In this document: one piece after another, positions 16,201 to 24,906 of the stretch
Layout: each line of letters begins with the position of its first letter
Numbering within the stretch: the stretch's first letter is position 1
Virus record (IMG/VR): IMGVR_UViG_3300017707_002238
Location: 1 to 28,182 of that record
Source of the DNA: a virus
Taxonomy: Duplodnaviria; Caudoviricetes
Length of the DNA stretch: 28,182 bases
Strand: one strand, 5' to 3'
Made by a program: the position numbers and the translations under genes
The notes under the pieces: model-generated
What the model saw: only the letters and a program-made list of their open reading frames with translations
Told to the model about the DNA's origin: nothing
Databases searched by the model: none

Positions 16201-17409
16201 TTATTGGTTTTCTAATGTTTTATTTTCTACTTGTGAATCAGCTTGTTGAATAGGTTCTTCAGGATTTTGACTTAATACTCCTGAGTCATCAGCACTCACA
16301 TAATTTTTTAATACGATCTTTTCTGTAAATCCTATTGTTTCAAGTAAGCCATTGATTGCTTCTTCCAATTGATTTTGTCTAATTGCAATATAGTATGTTT
16401 GAAACTCTGCCATTAGTTCTTTTCTCTCATCTGATGAACCCAATTTACCTGGTTGGAATGATACCAACTGAAGTGGCATTTCGTGAGCTTGTGTGATGTT
16501 TTTTTCTACCATGTCTTGTAACATGATAAATCTCTCATCAGAGTTATTTAAATTGATTGGAATTAACTCAGGTTTTTGATCACCACCATCACTATAGGTT
16601 AAAATGATTTTACCAGCCCCATCAGCTCCTTTGTAGTTTCTTTGAAATTCTCTATAGAATTGATTTTGTTCATCTTGAGTTGGAATACCTGTTCCAAAGT
16701 TCAAGATAAATGAAGGAGCAAATCCTTGACGAACTTGGTTGATATGAAACTTACCAATTTGATAATCCAAGTCAATGTAGTTGATTGCCGTTGAATAGTT
16801 AGCAATTGGATACATGTGAGTCATTGCAGGGTTAGGTTCAATGTAATAAATCAATTGACGACCTGTTCTATTGTTAGGATCAAATTTTCTAATGTACTCA
16901 GGTTTGTTTTCTTCTTTTTTAATATTAGCCCAATCCTTTGAATACCAAAAATAGTCTTCTTCATCTTCTTCTTCTTTGATACCAATTCTAACAGTATGGA
17001 TTGGAATATAATTCAAATCAAATGATGTACCACCATTATTCCAAATTACTTCCATACAGAATCCATTATAAATTTCAAAATCTTTTGAGATATATAAGAA
17101 CAATCTTTCAAGGTTATTTCTACGAGCCCATTGTTTTAATCTTTCATCAAGTAATGGTTTGTAACCAAAACCAGTGGACATTTTAACTTTCTTGTTAATA
17201 ATTGCCTTATTTAATGGTGATCCAAAGTTATTGTATAACTCCAAGAGAAATACAGGATATAGGTTATCCTGACCAAATGAAATAAAATGATATTCACCCT
17301 TTTTAACAAATTGATAAATTGGTGGTACATAAGCCTCATTAAATTGGAATATTCTAACAGGTAGACCTTTTTCGTTGTTTGGTTTTTCTATGTTTTGTTC
17401 TACATTCAT
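16201..17409 (-). CDS. Portal protein (402 aa)
   Basis: FGQDNLYP, SPLNKAII..K, GFAPSFILNF, GADGAGK and ITQAH motifs. Confidence 0.88.
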   Translation of the reverse strand: MNVEQNIEKPNNEKGLPVRIFQFNEAYVPPIYQFVKKGEYHFISFGQDNLYPVFLLELYNNFGSPLNKAIINKKVKMSTGFGYKPLLDERLKQWARRNNLERLFLYISKDFEIYNGFCMEVIWNNGGTSFDLNYIPIHTVRIGIKEEEDEEDYFWYSKDWANIKKEENKPEYIRKFDPNNRTGRQLIYYIEPNPAMTHMYPIANYSTAINYIDLDYQIGKFHINQVRQGFAPSFILNFGTGIPTQDEQNQFYREFQRNYKGADGAGKIILTYSDGGDQKPELIPINLNNSDERFIMLQDMVEKNITQAHEMPLQLVSFQPGKLGSSDERKELMAEFQTYYIAIRQNQLEEAINGLLETIGFTEKIVLKNYVSADDSGVLSQNPEEPIQQADSQVENKTLENQ

Positions 17410-17411
17410 AA

Positions 17412-17792
17412 TTAAGTAAATACATATTGTGTTTGACCTGTTGGTGCATATACAGGATCAGGTGTCGGAGTTGTTCCATAGATTGTTGCCAATCCTGTTT
17501 CAACCACATCGTTTATTGTTAAAGCAGAAGTAGAAAGTGTATTTCCTGTATTCTGCCAAACGGTATAGTCATATTGACCTGGCGTTAGATTCAAAGGAGA
17601 TAAATCAATTGGGAAATAGTTATATCTATTCACATTAGCTGAAGTATCTCCAGTCAAAAATAACAAGGTCTCATCATGTAATTCTTTACCATTCAATTGA
17701 AGTATATAGGTAGTTGCACTTAATGGAAATGTTGTTTTCTCCAATAAAGTGAACGGTGTCAAAGTAGTTTGGTAATTCGCAATACTAATCAT
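17412..17792 (-). CDS. Small virion structural protein (possible head closure or decoration)
   Basis: Beta-rich (GQYDYTVW, VVETG); first gene of the portal module. Confidence 0.55.
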   Translation of the reverse strand: MISIANYQTTLTPFTLLEKTTFPLSATTYILQLNGKELHDETLLFLTGDTSANVNRYNYFPIDLSPLNLTPGQYDYTVWQNTGNTLSTSALTINDVVETGLATIYGTTPTPDPVYAPTGQTQYVFT

Positions 17793-17803
17793 GCTTTTTT
17801 TAT

Positions 17804-17830
17804 TAAATATTTTTGGTAGTTATTTGTTTT
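17804..17830 (-). promoter_or_regulatory. Putative late promoter AAAAC-N15-ATATTTA (portal module)
   Basis: AAAAC AAATAACTACCAAAA ATATTTA, 11 nt upstream of ATG 17792. Confidence 0.75.
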
Positions 17831-17843
17831 ATTTATATATTTG
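17812..17843 (+). promoter_or_regulatory. Consensus Bacteroidota housekeeping promoter TTTG-N20-TATATTTG
   Basis: TTTG at 17812-17815 and TATATTTG at 17836-17843; ATG at 17860. Confidence 0.75.
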
Positions 17844-17859
17844 TAGAAACAAAAAAGAT

Positions 17860-18150
17860 ATGGACAGACAAGAAATGATTTTTAAGAATACTTTGATTCG
17901 TGGAACAATGGGAATGTTGGACGATTCAAGAATGGAACGATATGATGAAGCTATGGACTTTTTAATGTCTGTAACGAACTCAACAACTGAAGATGATATT
18001 ATCCCATTACTTCGTGGTAAAAGTTGTGATGAACTCATTCAAATCAATGTTAAAATGGGAAAATTTTTAAAACCAAGACCAGGTAATGGTGATTTCTCAA
18101 AAGCAATTGAGGCTATGTACTCAATGGGTGGAAATTACAAAGGGGATTAA
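17860..18150 (+). CDS. Antisense-oriented hypothetical protein (96 aa, MDRQEMIFKN...), moron-like
   Basis: ORF-track 17791..18150 re-started at ATG 17860, which follows the promoter and an A-rich leader; terminator immediately after the stop. Confidence 0.75.
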   Translation: MDRQEMIFKNTLIRGTMGMLDDSRMERYDEAMDFLMSVTNSTTEDDIIPLLRGKSCDELIQINVKMGKFLKPRPGNGDFSKAIEAMYSMGGNYKGD

Positions 18151-18181
18151 AAAAAAAACCCCCATAAAAATGGGGGCTTTT
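18149..18181. terminator. Bidirectional intrinsic terminator
   Basis: A-run, CCCCCAT-AAAA-ATGGGGG, CTTTT between the convergent moron and major tail gene. Confidence 0.85.
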
Positions 18182-18211
18182 AAAGAAAGGTCGAAAGACC
18201 CTGAAGAAATC

Positions 18212-18733
18212 TTATGCTACTGTGATTGTAGTTCCGATTAAGTTTCCGTTGATTAAGTATGCACCGTTTGCTGATTTCCAAGAGATAGATTGGTTAAGAC
18301 CATTCATATCACCAAGTAATGTTCCAAGTGACGCATCACCAGCAGAAGCTCTACCTGAAGACTCTAAACCTAAGTAGTAGTAGTCACCAGCGTTAGATTT
18401 AACTACTGCGAAGAGTGGAGCTCTACCAAGTTCAACCATTCTGTTTCTTACATTACAATCAAGTGTTATCAATTTGATTGATAAAGTTGATTCATAGAAT
18501 ACAGTTCCGTTTTCTCTTGAGTAGTTACCTGTTTGTGTCAATCCTGCATGTTCGATATCTTGTTCGAATGAATATACAGTTAAACCTGTAGTTGAAATAC
18601 CTGTGATAATACCACAAGAATCTTGTGTTACTTGAACATTATCAACCCATTCACCGATCCAAACTTTCTCAACACCACCTATTGAAGAACAACCCAATAC
18701 ATAACCATCTGTTAAATTACATGTAAAAGCCAT
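18212..18733 (-). CDS. Major tail (tube) protein
   Basis: 173 aa directly after the capsid gene; C..SIGGVEKV, SRENGTVFYE and GDMNG motifs of Bacteroidota phage tail tube-like proteins. Confidence 0.7.
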   Translation of the reverse strand: MAFTCNLTDGYVLGCSSIGGVEKVWIGEWVDNVQVTQDSCGIITGISTTGLTVYSFEQDIEHAGLTQTGNYSRENGTVFYESTLSIKLITLDCNVRNRMVELGRAPLFAVVKSNAGDYYYLGLESSGRASAGDASLGTLLGDMNGLNQSISWKSANGAYLINGNLIGTTITVA

Positions 18734-18765
18734 ATTATATTGTTTTTGTTTTTAGTTTATTTTTA

Positions 18766-18788
18766 TAAAGGGGACTTTCACCCCTTTA
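18766..18788 (-). terminator. Hairpin between capsid and major tail genes
   Basis: TAAAGGGG-TGAAAGT-CCCCTTTA; weak U-tract, so probably a partial terminator or mRNA stabiliser. Confidence 0.65.
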
Positions 18789-18807
18789 GTTTTTTTAGTG
18801 TTGTCGA

Positions 18808-19737
18808 TTACAGTTTGAAGTATACTACATAATCCCAGAACGCTGCGTTCACACCTTGTTTCCACTTAGAAGCCATTCTTACTTCTTGGTTATCCAAAGA
18901 ATACCATAATTCGAAGTTTTCATAGTCATTCAATAAGTCCGTACCGAAATACATGTTAGACTTAGTAGAGATGAAGAACTTGTTAGTTCCGTTAAGACCT
19001 TTAACAGCGATCAATCTTACATTAGTACCAGGTACCATTTGAGAGAAAGACTCACCTTGATCTTCAGCACCTGTGTAAGCGAATAAGTTCGCGTTTCTCA
19101 ATGCTGTTGCGTAAGTTCTGTAGAAGTCATATCCACAGTATACATACAAGTCATCCATGTCGATAATGTTAGCTGGAATTACATTCACAGCGTCATCAAC
19201 TAATCCGATGATGTTAGAAGCTGTGATAGCTGTTGCGTTAGTAACATTACCATCTACTACAGATCCTGAATAAGTAACATCAGCCAATCTGATGAAACCA
19301 TCACATAAAGCTAAGTTACCTGAGCCTGAAACTGTATTACCTTGCCAGATTAAACTGTCAATCAAAGAAGAAATTTGTGATACTTTCTCCTCAGCGTAGA
19401 TTTGCTCGAAAGGGATTTGTGTGTTATATGAACCTGGATTCATCATTGCTTGTGTATAGTACTCTTCTAAAGTGTCAAGACAGATTGACTCGTTCACTTT
19501 TAAAGGACACACATTTAATGTTTGTTGTGTTAAGATAGTAGTACCTGTGTTTGAAAATCCACAACCACCTGCCTGTGCTATCAAGTTAGAAGACAATAGG
19601 TTGATGGATGCTGCTGATTTAATATCAGGTTGAACTGTTAAAAATCTTGTTGATCTACCACCTAAAATCATTTTTTTGATTAACGCCATACGCTCTTGAT
19701 CTACATACGCCGTTAAGCCTGCTACATTTAAACTCAT
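18808..19737 (-). CDS. Major capsid protein (309 aa)
   Basis: Follows the scaffold gene; LKVNESIC, IWQG, CDGF and NMYFGTDLLND motifs; C-ending codon bias (AAC, TTC, TAC) typical of highly expressed genes. Confidence 0.88.
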   Translation of the reverse strand: MSLNVAGLTAYVDQERMALIKKMILGGRSTRFLTVQPDIKSAASINLLSSNLIAQAGGCGFSNTGTTILTQQTLNVCPLKVNESICLDTLEEYYTQAMMNPGSYNTQIPFEQIYAEEKVSQISSLIDSLIWQGNTVSGSGNLALCDGFIRLADVTYSGSVVDGNVTNATAITASNIIGLVDDAVNVIPANIIDMDDLYVYCGYDFYRTYATALRNANLFAYTGAEDQGESFSQMVPGTNVRLIAVKGLNGTNKFFISTKSNMYFGTDLLNDYENFELWYSLDNQEVRMASKWKQGVNAAFWDYVVYFKL

Positions 19738-19765
19738 TTTTTAATTCGTTTTATTAGGTTTATTT

Positions 19766-20581
19766 TTATTTTCCACCAAAAAACTTCATCTTCTCTTCTT
19801 TCCCTGCAGTTTTAGTGAAGTGTTGTTTTTTAGTGATTGATTCCGCTGATGGTTCAGCAGCAAATTTTGAGAATTTCTCATTTAAATCTTTGTTTGTGTT
19901 TTTAATTGAATCAATTTCTGATTTCAATTCACCAATCAAAGAAGTTAGTTTTGAAACTGCTTCAAACATGCTTTTCATGTCATCTTTTTCTTCAGTTTCT
20001 TTGGTTTCTAATTCGTTGATAAATCCATTCTCGTCAGTGTAGATTACTAATCCACCTTCTAATTCATGTTTACCAGCTGGAGCTTTAACAAAGTTACCTT
20101 CTGCATCCTTAACCATTACCTCATCACCAACAGATAAAGCATCACCCTTAGAAAGGATCATTACTTCAGTACCGTCAGCAAGTTTGGATTCGATTTTGTT
20201 TGGGTAGTCAGCCATTTTGTCTTTTTCACCACCTGGTTTCTCAACGATTGAACCTGTGTCTTTTTGTTCTTTTGTTGTGTAATCTGCCATTTCTTCTCGA
20301 TTTGTATTAGCTGGTTGTTCTTCAGCTTTATACTCGTTTATTGCTTTGATTTCACCCGCAGCTACTGTGATTGTTTTTCCGTTATTCAAAAGGTAATCAC
20401 CGTCAGGAAGTGGAGCTTCTTTTTCAGCAGCTATGTTAACCACTTTCTCTCCAACAGCCAAACGATCACCTAAACAACGAATAATCTCACCTGTTGCAGC
20501 AGTGTAATCAGTTGCAAACTCTTCTCTTTCGAAGAGCTCTCTAATTTTTGCTATAAGACTTGTTTTTTTGTTCATAATCAC
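19766..20581 (-). CDS. Capsid scaffold protein (likely start ATG 20575) with two copies of a small beta domain
   Basis: Acidic; LxVGxxV...PxGxxxLxxG repeat occurs twice; C-terminal coiled coil; upstream of the capsid gene. Confidence 0.75.
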   Translation of the reverse strand: MIMNKKTSLIAKIRELFEREEFATDYTAATGEIIRCLGDRLAVGEKVVNIAAEKEAPLPDGDYLLNNGKTITVAAGEIKAINEYKAEEQPANTNREEMADYTTKEQKDTGSIVEKPGGEKDKMADYPNKIESKLADGTEVMILSKGDALSVGDEVMVKDAEGNFVKAPAGKHELEGGLVIYTDENGFINELETKETEEKDDMKSMFEAVSKLTSLIGELKSEIDSIKNTNKDLNEKFSKFAAEPSAESITKKQHFTKTAGKEEKMKFFGGK

Positions 20582-20584
20582 TTG

Positions 20585-20611
20585 TAATTATATTTGTTTA
20601 TTTTTTGTTTA
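20585..20611 (-). promoter_or_regulatory. Variant late promoter TAAAC-N15-ATAATTA (scaffold/capsid)
   Basis: Same 15-nt spacing with one mismatch in each box. Confidence 0.55.
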
Positions 20612-20621
20612 ATACATCAGG

Positions 20622-21041
20622 TTATTTGACCTCATCCTTGAATTTAATCAACGACTTCATAGATTTTCCGAACTCTACAATTCTATCTGTAATACCTTTT
20701 CCTTTTATCCATTTAATCTTCTCATCTACTGATGTGTATTCTATCCAAATCAAAAGGGAGGCAACAAATTTGGTGAAAGCCCAATCAAACCAAATGTAAT
20801 TTCTTGCAATCTCATTTATCATAAATCTATCCACCAAAAATGAGAACACTAATGCCGTGAAATAGATTATCAATTTTCTCATTAATCCCAATCTTGTCTT
20901 TCTTGAAGTAACCTCTTCTTTTTTCTGTCTTGCATACCAACGACCAACAAATGTGTCGATCACTGAAGCAAAAGTTACAAGAAGTGCTAAGGGTAAAAGT
21001 GGACTAATGAATGCTAAAAAGATTAATAAAAATTGTTTCAT
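20622..21041 (-). CDS. Holin (phage holin 4-like)
   Basis: Several hydrophobic segments; DTFVG...TSRK...KLIIY...IEYTSVDE pattern. Confidence 0.8.
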   Translation of the reverse strand: MKQFLLIFLAFISPLLPLALLVTFASVIDTFVGRWYARQKKEEVTSRKTRLGLMRKLIIYFTALVFSFLVDRFMINEIARNYIWFDWAFTKFVASLLIWIEYTSVDEKIKWIKGKGITDRIVEFGKSMKSLIKFKDEVK

Positions 21042-22033
21042 TGTATATTTAGTAATTTTTTTATTCTCTCTTTGATTAAATCCTCGTCAACATATGATTT
21101 TAATGTAGATTCAATCTCCATTAATAATTTGTCAACCATGTCATCTTCATATTTTTCAATGAAATATCCTTCCAATGAGAAACCATTATATTCACCTTTC
21201 TTAATTGAGTTCCAAACTTCATCATTATCAACATAGAAAGTAGCAACCCAAGATCCTTCAGGAAGATCAGGGAATAATTTTGAAGTATTTCTATCTCCAA
21301 CAATATAAGATTCCATCATGTATACTCCATCCTTACTTGTTCTTGGATCATGATTTGTATTAACTTTATGAATCTTATTTTCTTTGAAATATTTCTTCAT
21401 CATTTTTTCAATTGTCTCAGGTTTGAATTTAACCCAATACTTACCCAAATCAGGGTTATATCTTAGAATTGGAGTTTCAGCCAACATTACAGGAGCTGTC
21501 ACAATTCTTTTTTCGTAGTCAATATCTTGAAATTCTTGTTTTGAAAAGGGTGTCATTCTCAACTCGTTGTTGATTCTTTCCATTTTACGGATTGCCCATT
21601 CAACACCTTCAGTTCCACCCCAAGCATCCCACATAATTCCTCCACATCCTTTGTCATAAGGAACATCTTTGTTTTGTTGATGTCTTTTAAATGAAGCCAT
21701 TCTGGCGATCGTCTCAACTGAAATTCTTCTTCTATTACAAAGTTGGGATGCTCTTGTCCAACCGACCTGAGTTCCACAATCTAAATTAGGATTTGATTCT
21801 TTGTACTTGATTGCTCTACATGCGTTTGCTGTTGCTGAATTCGGATAGTCATCATATGAATCCTCAAGTTTTGCGAACATCTTCCATTCAATTTCTGTAG
21901 CTGGTTTATCAACGAATGATAAAGCATCCATACCTTCAGTCATGGAATCTTCATCAAAATCTAAATAAAGAATTGGTTCTTCGGTTTTGAAATTGAATTT
22001 AGTCATCATAAGATTATATATTGTTTTATCCAT
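21038..22033 (-). CDS. XkdF-like prohead serine protease with inserted WGG domain
   Basis: SFVDKPA, KRIVTAPVM, NTNH, ESYIV, GSW and GFSLEG motifs; ~95-aa insert SYDDYP...WDAWGGTEGVEWA. Confidence 0.8.
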   Translation of the reverse strand: MDKTIYNLMMTKFNFKTEEPILYLDFDEDSMTEGMDALSFVDKPATEIEWKMFAKLEDSYDDYPNSATANACRAIKYKESNPNLDCGTQVGWTRASQLCNRRRISVETIARMASFKRHQQNKDVPYDKGCGGIMWDAWGGTEGVEWAIRKMERINNELRMTPFSKQEFQDIDYEKRIVTAPVMLAETPILRYNPDLGKYWVKFKPETIEKMMKKYFKENKIHKVNTNHDPRTSKDGVYMMESYIVGDRNTSKLFPDLPEGSWVATFYVDNDEVWNSIKKGEYNGFSLEGYFIEKYEDDMVDKLLMEIESTLKSYVDEDLIKERIKKLLNIQ

Positions 22034-22045
22034 TTTGTTAAATGA

Positions 22046-24865
22046 TTAGAATTCTGAACTTTGTTTTATTCGGTTGATCCTCTTTTGTGTGTCAGTCACA
22101 TCTGTCTCCACAACATAAGCTCTTATAGGTTTATCTGTTTTATTATCACCAAATAATTTTGCTTCAGGGTTAACTCTGTTTATACCAGGTAAATCAGGTT
22201 TTAAAGATATTCCTCCACCTGCCATATTGACTTGATTTAATAATTCAGGATACATCGCCGATGATTGAGCATTAATCACAGTTTCACCAGGTGCCAATAT
22301 TGCAGGAACTGTATCTACCATCCCTGATCCAATGCCAGGAACGATACCACCACCTGCAGCTGTAAATTCTTGTCCTGCAATTACTCCAAATTGAATTGCA
22401 CTTGCGGCAGCTACAATACCTGCTAAGATAAAGTTAATTGGAGGGGCTGATGATGCTAAAGCTTGTAGAACTCCTTGAGCTCCATTGATTATCGCATTTG
22501 CCATATTCAATCTCTTATTTGCATCAAACTCTTTTTTCTTCAATTGGAGAGCTTCTTGTTCTCTTTGTTGATCAAGTTCCTTCAATGAATTATCATATTG
22601 TTCTCTTGCAATTATTCCTTCAGCCAATTGGTTTTCCAAAGCTTGTTTCTCAAATTCATATCTACCATCAATTTGCATTTGTTCATTTGCAAATCTCTGA
22701 TCATTAATCATTGTTAGAGTTGTAGACAATGCGTTAAATGCCGTTACTACAGCATCAACATATTCACCAATTTTTTCTAAACTCTTTTGGAATTCTTCCT
22801 CATCACTTAATGGTGGTTTAACCCCAGCATTAATCTCATTGATTTTATCAGCGGTATCTTGAGTGGCTTTAATCAATTTCTGATTTGCATCAGTTGTAGC
22901 TTGTTCCTTCTCAGCTTGAGTTTTATTTTCATCATTAAGAACTTCTTTCAATTGAAGTTCGATTAGTTTCTTTTGTTCATCCAAGTTCTTATTTAAAAGA
23001 TCAATTTCTTGTTGAGCATATTTCTTTCTAACCTCAAGTTTTGCTTCTTGTTTTTCCTCTTCAGTTTTCTTTGATTCGTCAATTATTCTAATTGCTTCAC
23101 TTTTCTCAAATTCTAATTGTAATAATTGAGTTTGAGTTTGAATATTTTTGGTTGTTTCTAAAACGATTTGTTCTTTAGCTGTATAAGCTTGTTTTGTATT
23201 ATCAATATCTTGTTGTCTATACGCATCTAATGTCTGTAATAATTCAGCCTCACTATCCAATAAATATTTTGAATAATTAGTTCTGATCTCTTCAGCAGCT
23301 TTTAAGTAATCAGCTTCACTCTTACCCTCTTTTTTAAATCTCTCATCTAAGAGTGTAAGCTCTCTTTGAATAGATCTATCTATGATTGATTGTCTTTCAT
23401 CACCATACAACTTCTCAATTGAACTAATTTCTTTATCAATTCCTGTTAGTCTATCTTGTCTTAACTTTTCTGTTGTTTGTTGAACGGCAACTTCTCTTTC
23501 AAGTTTGTCTTTAACCTCATCCAAAAGGCCAGCATACTTTTCAGTTTCATCAGTAACATCTTTAATATCATCTTTATTGTTTTTTGTTTGTTCCCCATAT
23601 TTTTTACCACCATCGGTAACCTCATTGATTACTCCATTAACATCAACAGCGACTTTACCATAAGCCTCTAATCTTTTGTTTGCGGCATCTAATTGACCTT
23701 GATAACCTAATAGTACTTTATTTAAATCTTGAAGATCTTGAGCAATTTTACCTGCTCGTAAATCATCAGGACCTAATTTGATTGCTTTTAGATTGTCAAT
23801 TTTCTTTTGAGTTTCTAAAATCTTTTTATTTAATACATCTTGTTTTTCAAGATTTAAGGCAATTTTTTCCTCATTTTTTTGTAATTGAAACTTAGCCTTT
23901 TGGTATGCGATATAGTTTGCAACTTCTAAATTAAGTTGCTGTTGAAATGCAGTTTCATCTTTTAAATTCTTTAGTGTCGTTCCATAAGTGTCATTGATCT
24001 TTTTAATCAAATCAGTTCTTTCTTTGGAACCAGCATTTGTTGCCTTCAATTGGTATATCAATCCAACATACTCAGCACTTTCTTCTGCAATTGTTTTTCT
24101 TGCCTTTTCTTCTTCTTCTCTTTGAGCCTTTAAACTTGCAACTCTTTTTTTCTCTTGTTTCTCAGCATCACCTGAAGCGGTTGCATAACTGATTAGTCCT
24201 GCAACTAAAACTCCTAAAGCTGTTACGATCGCAACCAATGGTAAAGCATTTAGAGCTGTGGCAAATATCCCTGTTGAAACGGCAGCTCCATCAGCAGCAA
24301 CAGCTTCTCCTACTAATGCAGCATCAGCGGCTCCTGTAGAAACAGCCACTCCTGTTTGAGCGGTTTTTAATAATCCTAACTGAGTTAGAATTGGAGTGAA
24401 ACCTGCTTTTAATTCAACTAACTTATCACTTAATCCACCAAATGTTTCGATTGCTTGAGACAAGTTCAAAAGAGCTGTCATTCTTGCAATTGTCTTTTGT
24501 AAATCTTCATTCTCAATACCAAATAAGGTTTGAGCTGCCATTAACCCTTGAAATCCTGCAACCCCAATCTGCACTGCATTTCCTAAGGCTCTACCAAAGT
24601 TCTCAGTAACATTACCTGCAGTTGCTGTAATTACAGCATTTGTATCAGCAATTCTATCTCTTAATTGACCTGCTCTTGTTGATAACTCTTGAAATCTTTT
24701 ACTACCTGGTTCTAAACCTTGAAGTTCAACAGTTACTTGTCTTAACTCGGCCTTTAAAGATGCTGCAGTTGTACCAGCACTATTTATGGATTTAGATAAT
24801 TTATCAACGCTATCTTGTGCTGATTTGGAATTAACATTTATATTGATTTGAGCTGTTTGAGCCAT
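22046..24865 (-). CDS. Tape measure protein (939 aa)
   Basis: Long coiled coil, Ala/Gly-rich hydrophobic stretches, C-terminal GGIVPG...DTVPAILAPGETVIN motif. Confidence 0.9.
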   Translation of the reverse strand: MAQTAQININVNSKSAQDSVDKLSKSINSAGTTAASLKAELRQVTVELQGLEPGSKRFQELSTRAGQLRDRIADTNAVITATAGNVTENFGRALGNAVQIGVAGFQGLMAAQTLFGIENEDLQKTIARMTALLNLSQAIETFGGLSDKLVELKAGFTPILTQLGLLKTAQTGVAVSTGAADAALVGEAVAADGAAVSTGIFATALNALPLVAIVTALGVLVAGLISYATASGDAEKQEKKRVASLKAQREEEEKARKTIAEESAEYVGLIYQLKATNAGSKERTDLIKKINDTYGTTLKNLKDETAFQQQLNLEVANYIAYQKAKFQLQKNEEKIALNLEKQDVLNKKILETQKKIDNLKAIKLGPDDLRAGKIAQDLQDLNKVLLGYQGQLDAANKRLEAYGKVAVDVNGVINEVTDGGKKYGEQTKNNKDDIKDVTDETEKYAGLLDEVKDKLEREVAVQQTTEKLRQDRLTGIDKEISSIEKLYGDERQSIIDRSIQRELTLLDERFKKEGKSEADYLKAAEEIRTNYSKYLLDSEAELLQTLDAYRQQDIDNTKQAYTAKEQIVLETTKNIQTQTQLLQLEFEKSEAIRIIDESKKTEEEKQEAKLEVRKKYAQQEIDLLNKNLDEQKKLIELQLKEVLNDENKTQAEKEQATTDANQKLIKATQDTADKINEINAGVKPPLSDEEEFQKSLEKIGEYVDAVVTAFNALSTTLTMINDQRFANEQMQIDGRYEFEKQALENQLAEGIIAREQYDNSLKELDQQREQEALQLKKKEFDANKRLNMANAIINGAQGVLQALASSAPPINFILAGIVAAASAIQFGVIAGQEFTAAGGGIVPGIGSGMVDTVPAILAPGETVINAQSSAMYPELLNQVNMAGGGISLKPDLPGINRVNPEAKLFGDNKTDKPIRAYVVETDVTDTQKRINRIKQSSEF

Positions 24866-24879
24866 AATTACTTTTTAAG

Positions 24880-24906
24880 TAAATATCGAATATTATGGGG
24901 TGTTTT
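24880..24906 (-). promoter_or_regulatory. Putative late promoter AAAAC-N15-ATATTTA (tape measure)
   Basis: AAAAC ACCCCATAATATTCG ATATTTA, 14 nt upstream of ATG 24865. Confidence 0.75.

Noticed and set aside
17791-17859. N-terminal 23 codons of ORF 17791..18150
   Set aside because: They span the two overlapping promoters; ATG 17860 has the proper leader.
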